Assembly: GCA_903901225.1 (NCBI GenBank)
Contig: CAIUQE010000020.1
Coordinates: forward strand, 5,092 to 69,091
DNA from: Candidatus Omnitrophota bacterium
GTDB taxonomy: Bacteria > Omnitrophota > Gorgyraeia > Zapsychrales > Fredricksoniimonadaceae
DNA length: 64,000 nucleotides
Direction of reading: 5' to 3'
Part shown: positions 19,101 through 28,380 of the stretch, piece by piece
Numbering within the stretch: position 1 is the stretch's first letter
Layout: each line of letters begins with the position of its first letter
Program-made: the position numbers and the translations under genes
The notes under the pieces: model-generated
What the model saw: the letters and a program-made list of their open reading frames with translations, nothing else
What the model was told of the DNA's origin: nothing
Database searches by the model: none

Positions 19101-20241
19101 GCCGGAACGCCTCCAGGCAACGCGCGATATCTTCATCGGTATGCGCCGCGCTTACCGTCACCCGCAGTCGCGCCGTCCCGGACGGGACCGTCGGCGGGCG
19201 GATCGCCGAAACAAAAATACCTTGCCGCAAAAGTTCTTTGGAAAAAGCCACGGCACGGGCCGCGTCCCTGACCAGCACGGGAATGATCGGGGTGCAGCTT
19301 TGCATCGTGTCAAATCCGGCTTTATTAAGTCCCTCCCTCAATCGGGACGCATTCTCCAGAAGCTTCACCCGGCGCCAGGGTTCATCCCGCATGATCGCCA
19401 GCGCCGCGCGGGTGGCCGCGGCAACCGAGGGCGGGACCGCGGTCGAAAAAACAACGCTGCGCGCGCTGTTGATCAACACCTCTTTCAATTCACGGCTGCC
19501 CGCGACATAGGCCCCACAGGAACCAAGCGCCTTGGAGAACGTCCCCATCTGCACATCAACCGCCTTCTGCAGCCCCTCGTGCGCCACAAACCCCTCTCCG
19601 GCGGGACCGAACACGCCAAAAGCATGCGCTTCATCCACCATGAGCCACGCGCCGTATTTCTTCGCGAGCGCGCCCAGATCTTTCAGCGGTGCCACATCGC
19701 CATCCATGCTGAACACCGTATCGGTCACGATCAGCTTGCGCCGCGCGGACATATCCCGCCGCAGCATATCTTCGAGCGCTGTGGCATCATTGTGCGGATA
19801 ACGCCGCAGGCCTGCCCGGCTGAGGATGATCCCGTCGACGATCGAGGCATGGTTGAGCCGGTCCGAATACACCGCGTCATCCCGGCCTACAAGCGCGGGG
19901 ATGACCCCCGTGTTCGCCGTGTAACCTGATGAAAAAACAAGCGCCGCGGCGGTCCGCTTGAGTTGCGCAACATCTCTCTCTAACGCCTCATGTTCATCAA
20001 AATTCCCGCACACCAGCCGTGACGCGCCGGCGCCAAATCCCCGACGGCCCATTGCCTCCGCGGCCGCCCGGGCCAGGCGGGGATCCCCCGCGAGCCCCAG
20101 ATAATCATTGGAACAAAAATTAAGGCACCGCTGCCCGTCCAGGTCGATCTCCCGGCCCTGAGCGGAACGGACAATCCTGAGCGAACGCCGCAATCCCCGC
20201 GCCTCCAGCGCCCGCAATTGTTCACGCAAGGCCGTATTCAC
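19090..20241 (-). CDS. bioF: 8-amino-7-oxononanoate synthase
   Basis: SNDYLGL, SRLVCG, NHASIVDG, FSMDGD, DEAHAFG, GTFSKALG, IRPPTVP. Confidence 0.97.
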   Translation of the reverse strand: MNTALREQLRALEARGLRRSLRIVRSAQGREIDLDGQRCLNFCSNDYLGLAGDPRLARAAAEAMGRRGFGAGASRLVCGNFDEHEALERDVAQLKRTAAALVFSSGYTANTGVIPALVGRDDAVYSDRLNHASIVDGIILSRAGLRRYPHNDATALEDMLRRDMSARRKLIVTDTVFSMDGDVAPLKDLGALAKKYGAWLMVDEAHAFGVFGPAGEGFVAHEGLQKAVDVQMGTFSKALGSCGAYVAGSRELKEVLINSARSVVFSTAVPPSVAAATRAALAIMRDEPWRRVKLLENASRLREGLNKAGFDTMQSCTPIIPVLVRDAARAVAFSKELLRQGIFVSAIRPPTVPSGTARLRVTVSAAHTDEDIARCLEAFRHAG

Positions 20242-21191
20242 AGCAGGATGTCCCCCGCGATGCGTTTGACAAGTTTACCGTCGGGCATCCGCACCAGAAG
20301 GCCACCGTCCTCCGCGAGGTCCTCAGCGATCCCGGCGCGTTGTTCGCCGCGTTCCACGAAACGCACCCGTACCCCGAGCGTCGCGGAACGCTTTTTCCAC
20401 TCCGGCAACACAGCGCCGGCTCCGCTTTTAAGGAACGCGGCATAACGGCCCTCGAATTTGCGCAGCACTTCCTGGAAAAGGGCGACCCGCGGCACGGCGT
20501 GCCCCGCCTCCACCCGCAGCGATGTGGCTTCGGGCAAAAGTTGTGTCGCAAGATTGTTGACGTTGATGCCGACCCCGACGATCACGTACTGCACGCGGTC
20601 GGTCTCCGCGCGCAATTCCGTGAGAATGCCGCAAAGCTTCTTCCCGCCCGCGAGGATATCATTGGGCCATTTGATGCGCGGCTTGACGGCGGGAACAACC
20701 TTTTCGACAGCTTCGCTCAGCGCGACAGCGGCCGCGAGGGTCAGCAGCGGCGCCTGTGACGGGGGTATCCTGGGGCGTAAAATAAGGGAGAAATAAATGC
20801 CTTTGGAACGGGGGGACGACCAATTCCGCCCGAGGCGGCCACGGCCCCTGGTCTGCGCTTCGGCGACAACGACCGTGCCCTCGACCGCGCCCTCCAGCGC
20901 AAGCTGAAAAGCCTCGTCCATCGTCGAGCCGGTGCTGTCAAAATGGCGTATCTCGCAACCGAACTTGCGGGTCCCCAGGCCAGGCTGGATCTCTGTCGGA
21001 AAAAGAAGGTCAGGGGCGGAAACAAAACGGTAACCGCGGTGCGGGAACGCCTCGATCTCATAACCGAGCGCGCGCAGCTGGTCCATGTGTTTCCAGATCG
21101 CCGCGCGGCTGATGCGCAGCGTCCGGCTTATATCTTCACCGGAAAGATAACCTTCATGGGACCTGAGGGAGGAGAGTATCCTGGCCAGCAT
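20238..21191 (-). CDS. birA: Bifunctional biotin ligase / repressor (class II, N-terminal HTH)
   Basis: SGEDISRTLRISRAAIWKH HTH, QTRGRGRLGRNW and KWPND..GKKLCGIL. Confidence 0.97.
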   Translation of the reverse strand: MLARILSSLRSHEGYLSGEDISRTLRISRAAIWKHMDQLRALGYEIEAFPHRGYRFVSAPDLLFPTEIQPGLGTRKFGCEIRHFDSTGSTMDEAFQLALEGAVEGTVVVAEAQTRGRGRLGRNWSSPRSKGIYFSLILRPRIPPSQAPLLTLAAAVALSEAVEKVVPAVKPRIKWPNDILAGGKKLCGILTELRAETDRVQYVIVGVGINVNNLATQLLPEATSLRVEAGHAVPRVALFQEVLRKFEGRYAAFLKSGAGAVLPEWKKRSATLGVRVRFVERGEQRAGIAEDLAEDGGLLVRMPDGKLVKRIAGDILL

Positions 21192-21197
21192 CCAAGT

Positions 21198-21226
21198 ATT
21201 TTACCGGCCGGCGGATCGATTGTCAA
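21198..21226 (-). promoter_or_regulatory. Sigma70-type promoter of the birA-bio operon (probably leaderless)
   Basis: TTGACA-N17-TAAAAT, followed after only 6 nt by the birA ATG. Confidence 0.75.
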
Positions 21227-21252
21227 CCTTGTTGATGGAAGTGGTTTACGAT
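21219..21252. promoter_or_regulatory. BirA operator (bioO) overlapping the -35 element
   Basis: Inverted repeat ATTGTCAACC-N14-GGTTTACGAT (8 of 10 positions match) fits the wwTGTtAAC-N14-16-GTTaACAww BirA consensus. Confidence 0.75.
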
Positions 21253-21262
21253 GGGAAGAACA

Positions 21263-21346
21263 TGCCGAAGGTGGGACTCGAACCCACATGCCCGTGAGGA
21301 CATCGGTTTTTGAGACCGACGCGTATACCAATTCCGCCACTTCGGC
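21263..21346 (-). tRNA. tRNA-Leu(CAA)
   Basis: GCCGAAG acceptor stem, GGAATTGGTA D-loop, TCGGT-CTCAAAA-ACCGA anticodon arm, long variable arm, GGTTCGAGTCC. CCA is not encoded. Confidence 0.96.
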
Positions 21347-21381
21347 GCAAGCGCGTGAAACCAGGGGGAAGATGATAAAAG

Positions 21382-21455
21382 TGGAGCCGATGGGGGTCGA
21401 ACCCACGACCTCCTGCATGCCATGCAGGCGCTCTCCCAAACTGAGCTACGGCCCC
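21382..21455 (-). tRNA. tRNA-Ala(GGC)
   Basis: GGGGCCG acceptor with G3:U70, CCTGC-ATGGCAT-GCAGG anticodon arm, GGTTCGACCCC. Confidence 0.96.
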
Positions 21456-21461
21456 GTAAAA

Positions 21462-21653
21462 CTATGCTTTGGCTTCAGCGGCAGACGCGGCGGCCGCGGC
21501 AGCGTCATCCTTCTGCTTCTTCACGAAGGCCTGCCACGACGCCTTGTTCAGGAAATATTTGCCGTTACGGAAATAACGTTTGCGGCGCTTGATCGCCTTG
21601 CCGCTGTGCGCGCACTTGAACTTCCATTCATTCTCAGGCTTGACCTTACCCAT
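21462..21653 (-). CDS. Small basic protein with degenerate TRASH/eL24-like pattern
   Basis: AAGGAG RBS, own promoter, sequence CAHSGKAIKRRKRYFRNGKYFLNKASW and an Ala-rich tail. Confidence 0.75.
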   Translation of the reverse strand: MGKVKPENEWKFKCAHSGKAIKRRKRYFRNGKYFLNKASWQAFVKKQKDDAAAAAASAAEAKA

Positions 21654-21729
21654 ACGTCCAAAACTCCTTTTTCATATCCACTTTCCAACCTCCCCTGCCA
21701 CCCGGCAGGTAGGGCGAAAGATGAGGCGT

Positions 21730-21758
21730 ATTATAGTCACGCCCCTGTGTTCACGCAA
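21730..21758 (-). promoter_or_regulatory. Sigma70-type promoter for the small protein and tRNA-Ala/tRNA-Leu
   Basis: TTGCGT-N17-TATAAT. Confidence 0.6.
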
Positions 21759-21796
21759 CAGTATTCTTTTTACAAGAGAAAAAAACATCCCCCGGA

Positions 21797-22324
21797 TCAA
21801 AAGAACAGCAAAAACCCGTTGAGGAAATACACGAACCCCGCCACGCCGATCGCGAGCCCGCACAGCCAGGACGACCTTTGTTTCAACAGCGAGCCGATCG
21901 CGGAGAGCATGATCGCGATCTGGAAGAACATCACTGCCAGGCCAAAATTCCCGCCGTGGCGCTTGAGCTCGCCCTGGCGGCTCGACAGCCCTTCCGCCTC
22001 AGTCTTGATCGCCGCCTTCTCCTTGTCGTAACGCGCGATATTATCTTCCACGGCCTTGATCTTGCCACGCAGCTCATCCTTGACCGCCGCGGGATTATCT
22101 TTCAGTAATTCGATCTTTACGAGATCAAGCTCCATTTCCGTAACATGCTGCTTGATGCTCTTCGATTGAAAATAAGACCACTTATTATTCTCCTGCGTGG
22201 TCATCAGCTGGACTTGTGTCGAGAAACCGCCGCCCTTGAGCGACGCGATCGCCGCGCAAACCGCAAGAATGGTTGTTGTCAGCGCCACCCACTTGAGCCA
22301 TTTTTCCTGAACATCACCCGCCAT
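21797..22324 (-). CDS. DUF4337-like membrane protein
   Basis: VALTTTILAVCAAIASL, WSYFQSKSIKQ, a coiled coil and FQIAIMLSAI; three TM segments; AGGAGG RBS. Confidence 0.85.
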   Translation of the reverse strand: MAGDVQEKWLKWVALTTTILAVCAAIASLKGGGFSTQVQLMTTQENNKWSYFQSKSIKQHVTEMELDLVKIELLKDNPAAVKDELRGKIKAVEDNIARYDKEKAAIKTEAEGLSSRQGELKRHGGNFGLAVMFFQIAIMLSAIGSLLKQRSSWLCGLAIGVAGFVYFLNGFLLFF

Positions 22325-22356
22325 AGATCCCTCCTGATCGATCGTTTATTTTTATC

Positions 22357-22899
22357 TTAAACTGCCCCGGCTCTTGCCCGAGCCTCGGCCATGCGGGCCT
22401 CGGCCACATTCTTATAAATAGCCAGGATCACGGCCTGGACCGCGATCACACCCCATACCGAAAAAGCCAGGCCAAGGGGCTTCCCTCCCGAGATCATCAA
22501 TGACGCGGCCGGAAAGCCAAGCGCCGCGGCGCCGGGAAGCTCAACCCAGGCCAGGCGTTTGCCCCTGCGGCGCGCCACAACGCGCTGGACGATAATGAAC
22601 GGCGCCGCGCACAGGACCCCCAGCATGAACGGTGCGTGATGGACTTCGTATGAAATAATAAAACACGCGTGGGCCACTATCCCGAGGATGATCGCCGGCA
22701 CGAAAGCCTTGCCGCGCAACGATTGCCCCATTAAGAACGCCAGCGCCAGCCCAAGCGCCAGGATACCGCTCTGCCAGCTTGGCGCCACGGCAAAGCCGAT
22801 GACCAGCGCTTCAACAAAAATGTCCAGGCCATCGTAATGCGACGATCCTGTGATCTTGTTCAATAATCCCGCGCCCATACAACTCCTGAAATATCCCAA
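22357..22899 (-). CDS. Multi-pass membrane protein (possibly YwiC-like)
   Basis: About six hydrophobic segments; the family call is weak. Confidence 0.6.
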   Translation of the reverse strand: MGYFRSCMGAGLLNKITGSSHYDGLDIFVEALVIGFAVAPSWQSGILALGLALAFLMGQSLRGKAFVPAIILGIVAHACFIISYEVHHAPFMLGVLCAAPFIIVQRVVARRRGKRLAWVELPGAAALGFPAASLMISGGKPLGLAFSVWGVIAVQAVILAIYKNVAEARMAEARARAGAV

Positions 22900-22940
22900 C
22901 CAAAAGACAAATCGAATTTTTTATGCTAAACTTCAAACAT

Positions 22941-23351
22941 ATGAAAAAAACAGCCTTCTATATTATTCTTTTCTATGCGCTCATACCCAACGCGCACGCG
23001 TCCGACATCAAGGTCATCACGCTCCAGAACGGCGCCATCACATCCACCACAACGACGACACCTTCTCAACAGCTTACGGCAACTCCCGGCGCAACGGGAT
23101 CCGCCCGTATTACGGCGACACCGGAATTCCAGTCCATGCAAAACAGGATCCTGGCCGACCCCCAGGTCATGGGCGATATCCAGCAAATGGTCCAGGATCC
23201 CGAGATCATGGCCCTGCTGGCAGACCCGACCCTGCTCGCCGCGATCCAGTCGGGGAACGCGGCCAGCCTCCAGGCCGACCCGCGCATCAAAAAACTTTCC
23301 GAAAATCCCAAAGTCCAGGCCCTGATAGGAAAACTCCAGGCCAAACCCTGA
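22941..23351 (+). CDS. Exported protein with STI1/DP-repeat-like helical domain
   Basis: Signal peptide ending AHA, then repeated DP motifs (ADPQVM, QDPEIM, ADPTLL, ADPRIK, ENPKVQ). Confidence 0.75.
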   Translation: MKKTAFYIILFYALIPNAHASDIKVITLQNGAITSTTTTTPSQQLTATPGATGSARITATPEFQSMQNRILADPQVMGDIQQMVQDPEIMALLADPTLLAAIQSGNAASLQADPRIKKLSENPKVQALIGKLQAKP

Positions 23352-23356
23352 CCCCA

Positions 23357-24382
23357 TCACACCGCATTGCGCAATTGGCCGCAAGCCGCCGCGATATCCT
23401 TGCCGCGAGGCGTGCGAAATGTCGTGACGATACCGCGCTCCTGCAATGATGCCCGGAACCGGCCGATCTCATCCCGCGACGAAGGCTTGTGCGGGAATTC
23501 CCCGACGGGATTGCACGCGATGAAATTGATCTTGCACAGCCAGCCACGCAATATTTCATACAGCTCATCCGCGCATTTGTCCGTGCACGTCAGGCCCTTG
23601 ATCAGGATATATTCAAAGGTCACCTGCCGGTCCGTCTTCCGCGCGTAAGCGCGGCAGGCCTTCATCAATGCCGCCAGCGGATACTTGCGGTTAACAGGCA
23701 TGAGGCTGGAACGCAACGCGTCATTGGACGCGTGCAATGAAACCGAAAGTTCCACCTGCAACCCCTCACCGGCCAGCCGTTCGATCCCGGGAAGAACACC
23801 GCATGTGGAGATCGTGATGCGCCGCGCCGCAATGTGCAGCGCTTCGGGCGCGTTCAAGAGGCGCACCGCTTTCAGGACATTGTCATAATTGTCAAAAGGT
23901 TCACCAACCCCCATGAACACGATGTGCGTGACCTCGCCCGCGTCGGCGCAGGCCTTCTTCGCCAGGAGAACCTGACCGATGATCTCGCCGGGAGTCAGGT
24001 CCCTCTTCCAGCCGCCCAGGCCGCTCGCGCAAAAACCGCAGCCGAACTTGCAGCCCGCCTGGGAAGAAATGCAAAGGGTCGCGCGTTTTTCCGCGGGAAT
24101 AAAGACCGACTCCACGCGCTGGCCATCACAAAGCCCGAACAGGAACTTGCGGGTCCCGTCTTCGGAGAGGTGCATCTCTATCTGGCGCATATCAGGGAAA
24201 GGGAACTGGCGGGACAACTTCGCGCGCAAGGCACCCGGCAGGCTCGACATGGCCTCCCAGGCAAATGACCTTTTTTTATAGATCCAGTCGAAGACCTGGC
24301 CCGCGCGATACTCCGGCTCACCATCAGCTTTCAGGTGCGCCGTCAGTTCAGCCAGCGTCAGGTCGCAAATGGAGGGCGCCAT
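23357..24382 (-). CDS. rlmN: 23S rRNA (adenine2503-C2)-methyltransferase
   Basis: CISSQAGCKFGCGFCASG, FMGVGEP, SLHA, EYILI, IAAACGQL. Confidence 0.97.
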   Translation of the reverse strand: MAPSICDLTLAELTAHLKADGEPEYRAGQVFDWIYKKRSFAWEAMSSLPGALRAKLSRQFPFPDMRQIEMHLSEDGTRKFLFGLCDGQRVESVFIPAEKRATLCISSQAGCKFGCGFCASGLGGWKRDLTPGEIIGQVLLAKKACADAGEVTHIVFMGVGEPFDNYDNVLKAVRLLNAPEALHIAARRITISTCGVLPGIERLAGEGLQVELSVSLHASNDALRSSLMPVNRKYPLAALMKACRAYARKTDRQVTFEYILIKGLTCTDKCADELYEILRGWLCKINFIACNPVGEFPHKPSSRDEIGRFRASLQERGIVTTFRTPRGKDIAAACGQLRNAV

Positions 24383-24384
24383 GA

Positions 24385-25347
24385 CTACCTCTGGTCAGGG
24401 GAAATGAACGCGCCGATCTTGCGGAACTTGGCGTAACGCCGTTCGATCAGCTCGTCATGGTCCAGGCCTTTGAGGCGTTTGAGCTGTTTAACGATCGCGG
24501 CCTTCAACGTATCGGCAACTTGCTGCGGCTCGTAATGCGCCCCGCCGAGCGGCTCGGGGATGATCTCGTCGACAATGCCGAACTTGATAAGATATTCACC
24601 CGTGAGCTTGAGCGCCTCGGCGGCATCGGGCGCTTTGGAAGCGCTGCGCCAGAGGATCGACGCGCACCCCTCGGGGGAAATGACGGAATAATAAGCGTTC
24701 TGCAGGATCAGCACCTGGTCGGCGACGCCGACACCCAAGGCGCCACCGCTGCCCCCTTCACCGATGATCGTGGCCACGATGGGCGTGCGGACCTGCGCCA
24801 TGTCGCGCAGGTTCTCGGCGATCGCCTGGGCCTGCCCGCGCTCTTCAGCGCCGATACCCGGATAAGCGCCCGGCGTATCGATGAAAATAACGACCGGAAT
24901 GCCGAAACGTTCGGCCAGGCGCATCAGGCGCATGGCCTTGCGGTAACCTTCAGGATGGGCGCAGCCGAAATTGCGCTTGATGTTCTCGGAGGTGTCGCGG
25001 CCCTTCTGGTGCCCCATGACGACCACATGCTCGCCGTCGATCGTCGCCATGCCCCCCACGATCGCGAGGTCATCCGCGAACAGCCTGTCGCCGTGGAGTT
25101 CCACAAAATCCGTGGTCATCATCCGGATGTAATCCAGCGTGTACGGCCTTTTGGTGTGGCGCGCGATCTGGATGCGCTGCCATGCCGTGAGCTTGTGGTA
25201 CACCTTGGCCTTGATCTCTTCCATCTTCTGTTCAAGCTTTTTGATCTCGGGATCGAAATCCACGTGCTTGTGATTTAATTTTCGCAGTTCCGCGATCTTC
25301 TGCTCGATCTCAATGATGGGTTTCTCGAATTCCAGGGCCATCGTCAC
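24385..25347 (-). CDS. accA: Acetyl-CoA carboxylase carboxyltransferase subunit alpha
   Basis: LEFEKPI, ELHGDR, GHQKG, PEGYRKA, IDTPGAYPG, GEGGSGGAL, SVISPEGCASILW. Confidence 0.98.
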   Translation of the reverse strand: MTMALEFEKPIIEIEQKIAELRKLNHKHVDFDPEIKKLEQKMEEIKAKVYHKLTAWQRIQIARHTKRPYTLDYIRMMTTDFVELHGDRLFADDLAIVGGMATIDGEHVVVMGHQKGRDTSENIKRNFGCAHPEGYRKAMRLMRLAERFGIPVVIFIDTPGAYPGIGAEERGQAQAIAENLRDMAQVRTPIVATIIGEGGSGGALGVGVADQVLILQNAYYSVISPEGCASILWRSASKAPDAAEALKLTGEYLIKFGIVDEIIPEPLGGAHYEPQQVADTLKAAIVKQLKRLKGLDHDELIERRYAKFRKIGAFISPDQR

Positions 25348-26141
25348 TCCTGTATGAGCACTTGCGTCCCGACAGGGACGATCTTGTAAAGTTCTTCGAC
25401 GTCGCTGTTGCGCATGCGCACGCAGCCGGCCGTGATCTGCTGGCCGATCTTGTCAGGCTGGACGGTACCATGGATGCCGTAACCCTGCTTGTCGAGCCCC
25501 ATCCAGCGGCTGCCCAGCGCGTTATCCGGGCTTTCAGGCGGGATGATGGCATTCTGCTTATACCAGACCGGATTCTCGATCTTATTGGTGATCTTGAACG
25601 TCCCCGCCGGCGTGGAGGCGTTGGCGCCGGTTGAAACATTGTAAACCTTGAAAATATCCTCATCGCTCTTCAACATCAGCGTGTTCTGCGTCTTGTTGAC
25701 AACGATCGAGAATTTGCCGGACCACACGCGTAATCTCTGGCCCAAGCGCACCACATCCGATCCAAGGCCATTCGATGCTTTGACCAGGTCCATCGTAACA
25801 TTGTATTTCCGGCATATCTTGCCCAACGTGTCGCCCAGAACCACCTCATGCGTCACGGCCTGGGGAGCCGGGATATCCGAGAACAGGAATTTTATGTTAA
25901 GGGCATACAAGTCTTGTTCAACCTGTTCGATGTCCTTGAAATCAGAATGTTCGGTAATGATCTGCTGCAGGGCCGCCCTGGCATCTACCACCTTGCCTTC
26001 GGTGATCATGGACTTCGCCTTCTCATAAAGGCCGTCCGTGGGAGACGCAAGCAATTTCGCGGCCTTGCCGCCGACCTGCCCGCACCCGGCCAACAACGCG
26101 CTCACCAGCACCACAGCTATAAATAAGGACCTGCGCATCAT
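25344..26141 (-). CDS. L,D-transpeptidase lipoprotein with LysM domain
   Basis: Lipobox LAGC, LysM HEVVLGDTLGKI..GQRL and YkuD motif YGIHGT...TAGCVRM. Confidence 0.93.
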   Translation of the reverse strand: MMRRSLFIAVVLVSALLAGCGQVGGKAAKLLASPTDGLYEKAKSMITEGKVVDARAALQQIITEHSDFKDIEQVEQDLYALNIKFLFSDIPAPQAVTHEVVLGDTLGKICRKYNVTMDLVKASNGLGSDVVRLGQRLRVWSGKFSIVVNKTQNTLMLKSDEDIFKVYNVSTGANASTPAGTFKITNKIENPVWYKQNAIIPPESPDNALGSRWMGLDKQGYGIHGTVQPDKIGQQITAGCVRMRNSDVEELYKIVPVGTQVLIQE

Positions 26142-26147
26142 ACCTCC

Positions 26148-26609
26148 TCAGTAAAGCAAAACCGCCAGGCTGAAGCCCAGGATGGACCCGACAAGGACCT
26201 GGATGGGCGTATGCCCCACAAACTCCTTGATCCGGGCCACCTCAACCTGCTTATGCCAGTACATATCATCAATGACCTTGTTAAGGACTTCCGCCTGTTC
26301 TCCGGCCTGGCGCCGGACACCCTGGGCATCGAACATCGTGACCATGGCGAATACCGCGGCCAAAGCGAACAGGCCTGAATTGAAACCGTATTCCAATCCG
26401 CAACTGGTTGCGAGTGCCGCGACACCGGCCGCATGACTGGAAGGCATGCCCCCGGTCCCGATAAACCAGCGGAAATTAAACCTCTTGCCCCGCAAGATGT
26501 TAATAATGATCTTGATCCCCTGCCCAATGACCCAGACAGAGAGCGTGATCGTGAATATTTTATTCTGGAACATCTGGGTGAACGCACCCGAAAGGTCAAA
26601 TGCATGCAT
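26148..26609 (-). CDS. Divergent PAP2 family protein (DUF212)
   Basis: TGGMPSSH, MFDAQGVRRQAG, E.VGHTP.QV..G. Confidence 0.93.
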   Translation of the reverse strand: MHAFDLSGAFTQMFQNKIFTITLSVWVIGQGIKIIINILRGKRFNFRWFIGTGGMPSSHAAGVAALATSCGLEYGFNSGLFALAAVFAMVTMFDAQGVRRQAGEQAEVLNKVIDDMYWHKQVEVARIKEFVGHTPIQVLVGSILGFSLAVLLY

Positions 26610-26697
26610 ACGGACACATCGGATAAAAAGGTTTCTCTAATAATATTACGGAGGTCATTATATCCGGCAAGCTCCAAAAAGCAAGTAAAAGCCATAT

Positions 26698-26726
26698 TTG
26701 ACCAGAACCCGGCCCTATGGTATAAA
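26698..26726 (+). promoter_or_regulatory. Sigma70-type promoter upstream of comM
   Basis: TTGACC-N17-TATAAA. Confidence 0.5.
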
Positions 26727-26784
26727 GGTCATGCCTTATCCCCCCGTAACGCACCCTCTCACGGTCCAGCAGAGAGGGGTTTTC

Positions 26785-28326
26785 ATGCTTGCCAGATCAT
26801 TCAGTTTCGGACTCAACGGCCTTGATGCTTACCCGGTCACCATCGAAGTGGATGTGGGCAAAGGATTGCCCGCGCTCACCATCGTCGGCTTGCCCGACAG
26901 CGCCATCCGCGAAAGCAAGGAACGCGTGCGTTCGGCCATCAAGAATTCAGGCTTCACCTTTCCATCCGCGAGGATCACCATCAATCTCGCTCCCGCGGAC
27001 ATACCCAAGGAAGGCCCCTGCTTTGACCTGCCCCTGGCGCTGGGGCTCCTTGGCGCGACAGAACAGCTCCCCCTGGATAACCTGGCACGGTTCGCCGCCC
27101 TGGGTGAACTGTCACTGACCGGGAACATCAAGGCTGTCAACGGGGTCCTCCCGGCCTCCATCGCTTCCACCATCCAAAACACGGAAAAACTCGAAGGCCT
27201 GATCGTGCCTCGCCCCAACGCTGAAGAAGCCGCCCTTGCCGACAACGCGCGGATATTCCCCTGTGAAACCCTCACGCAAGCCGTAGCGTTCCTCCATGAC
27301 CCCGGAGCCACGGAAAAATTCACACCTTCAGAGAAAGCCGCGCCAGCTTTACCAGAGAACGGGCAAAACCAGGACTTCGCGGATGTCAAAGGCCAAACTT
27401 TGGTCAAGCGGGGGCTTGAGGTGGCGTCGGCCGGAGGGCACAACACCCTGCTCATCGGCCCCCCGGGCAGCGGCAAAACCATGCTGGCCCGAAGATTCCC
27501 CTCGATCCTTCCCCCTTTGAGCCGGGAAGAAGCCCTTGAGGTGACCAAGATCCATTCCATTGCCGGCCTCACGACACCCGGCGCCGCGCTTGCCATGGAA
27601 CGGCCGTTCCGCTCACCTCACCATACGGCTTCTACAGTATCGCTCGTGGGCGGAGGATCTGGCCCCAGGCCCGGCGAAGTGACGCTCGCGCATCACGGCG
27701 TCCTCTTCCTGGACGAGCTTCCCGAGTTCTCGCGCACCACGCTTGAAGCCCTGCGCCAGCCCCTGGAAGACCGGCACATCACCATCGCGCGCGCGGCCAA
27801 AACACTGCGCTTCCCCACAAAATTCATCCTCCTCGGCGCGATGAACCCCTGCCCGTGCGGGCATCTGGGCGACCGCAAGAAAGCCTGCCGCTGTGCCAGC
27901 ACACAGATCCATCACTACCGCGCCAAGATCTCGGGCCCTTTACTGGACCGCATTGACATCCATCTCGAGGTCCCCGGCCTTAAAACCGATGAACTTACGG
28001 CCGCGCCGTCAGGAGAACCGTCAGAGCTGATCCGGGAACGGGTGATCAAGGCGCGGGGCCGCCAGATGAAGCGCTTTAACGGTGAGAAAATATATGCCAA
28101 CGCGCAAATGTCGCACCGGCATATCCGCAAATTCTGCCAGCTGGATAAAACGGCGCACAACCTTCTGGCCAACGCCGTCGAGACACTCGGGCTTTCGGCA
28201 CGCGCCTATGACAAGGTCCTGCGCCTGGCGCGCACCATCGCGGATCTCGATGAAAAAGAGAACATCCTTCCCCAGCATCTGGCCGAAGCGATCGGATACC
28301 GGACGCTGGACCGGGCCGTCGGTTAA
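26785..28326 (+). CDS. comM: YifB/ComM Mg-chelatase-like AAA ATPase
   Basis: VGLPD..IRESKERV, NLAPAD, GPPGSGKTMLA, RSPHHT, GVLFLDELPEF, MNPCPCG, SGPLLDRID. Confidence 0.96.
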   Translation: MLARSFSFGLNGLDAYPVTIEVDVGKGLPALTIVGLPDSAIRESKERVRSAIKNSGFTFPSARITINLAPADIPKEGPCFDLPLALGLLGATEQLPLDNLARFAALGELSLTGNIKAVNGVLPASIASTIQNTEKLEGLIVPRPNAEEAALADNARIFPCETLTQAVAFLHDPGATEKFTPSEKAAPALPENGQNQDFADVKGQTLVKRGLEVASAGGHNTLLIGPPGSGKTMLARRFPSILPPLSREEALEVTKIHSIAGLTTPGAALAMERPFRSPHHTASTVSLVGGGSGPRPGEVTLAHHGVLFLDELPEFSRTTLEALRQPLEDRHITIARAAKTLRFPTKFILLGAMNPCPCGHLGDRKKACRCASTQIHHYRAKISGPLLDRIDIHLEVPGLKTDELTAAPSGEPSELIRERVIKARGRQMKRFNGEKIYANAQMSHRHIRKFCQLDKTAHNLLANAVETLGLSARAYDKVLRLARTIADLDEKENILPQHLAEAIGYRTLDRAVG

Positions 28327-28327
28327 C

Positions 28328-28357
28328 AAAAAAACGGGGCCCTTCATGGGCCCCGTT
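28328..28357 (-). terminator. Intrinsic terminator between convergent genes
   Basis: AACGGGGCCC-TTCAT-GGGCCCCGTT hairpin with an A7 tract on its left (U-tract on the minus strand). Confidence 0.85.
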
Positions 28358-28380
28358 GAAAACAGCATTCATTCCCGCCG

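Noticed and set aside
20943-22031. 362-aa plus-strand ORF
   Set aside because: It runs antisense across birA, two tRNAs and two genes, so it is not a plausible protein.
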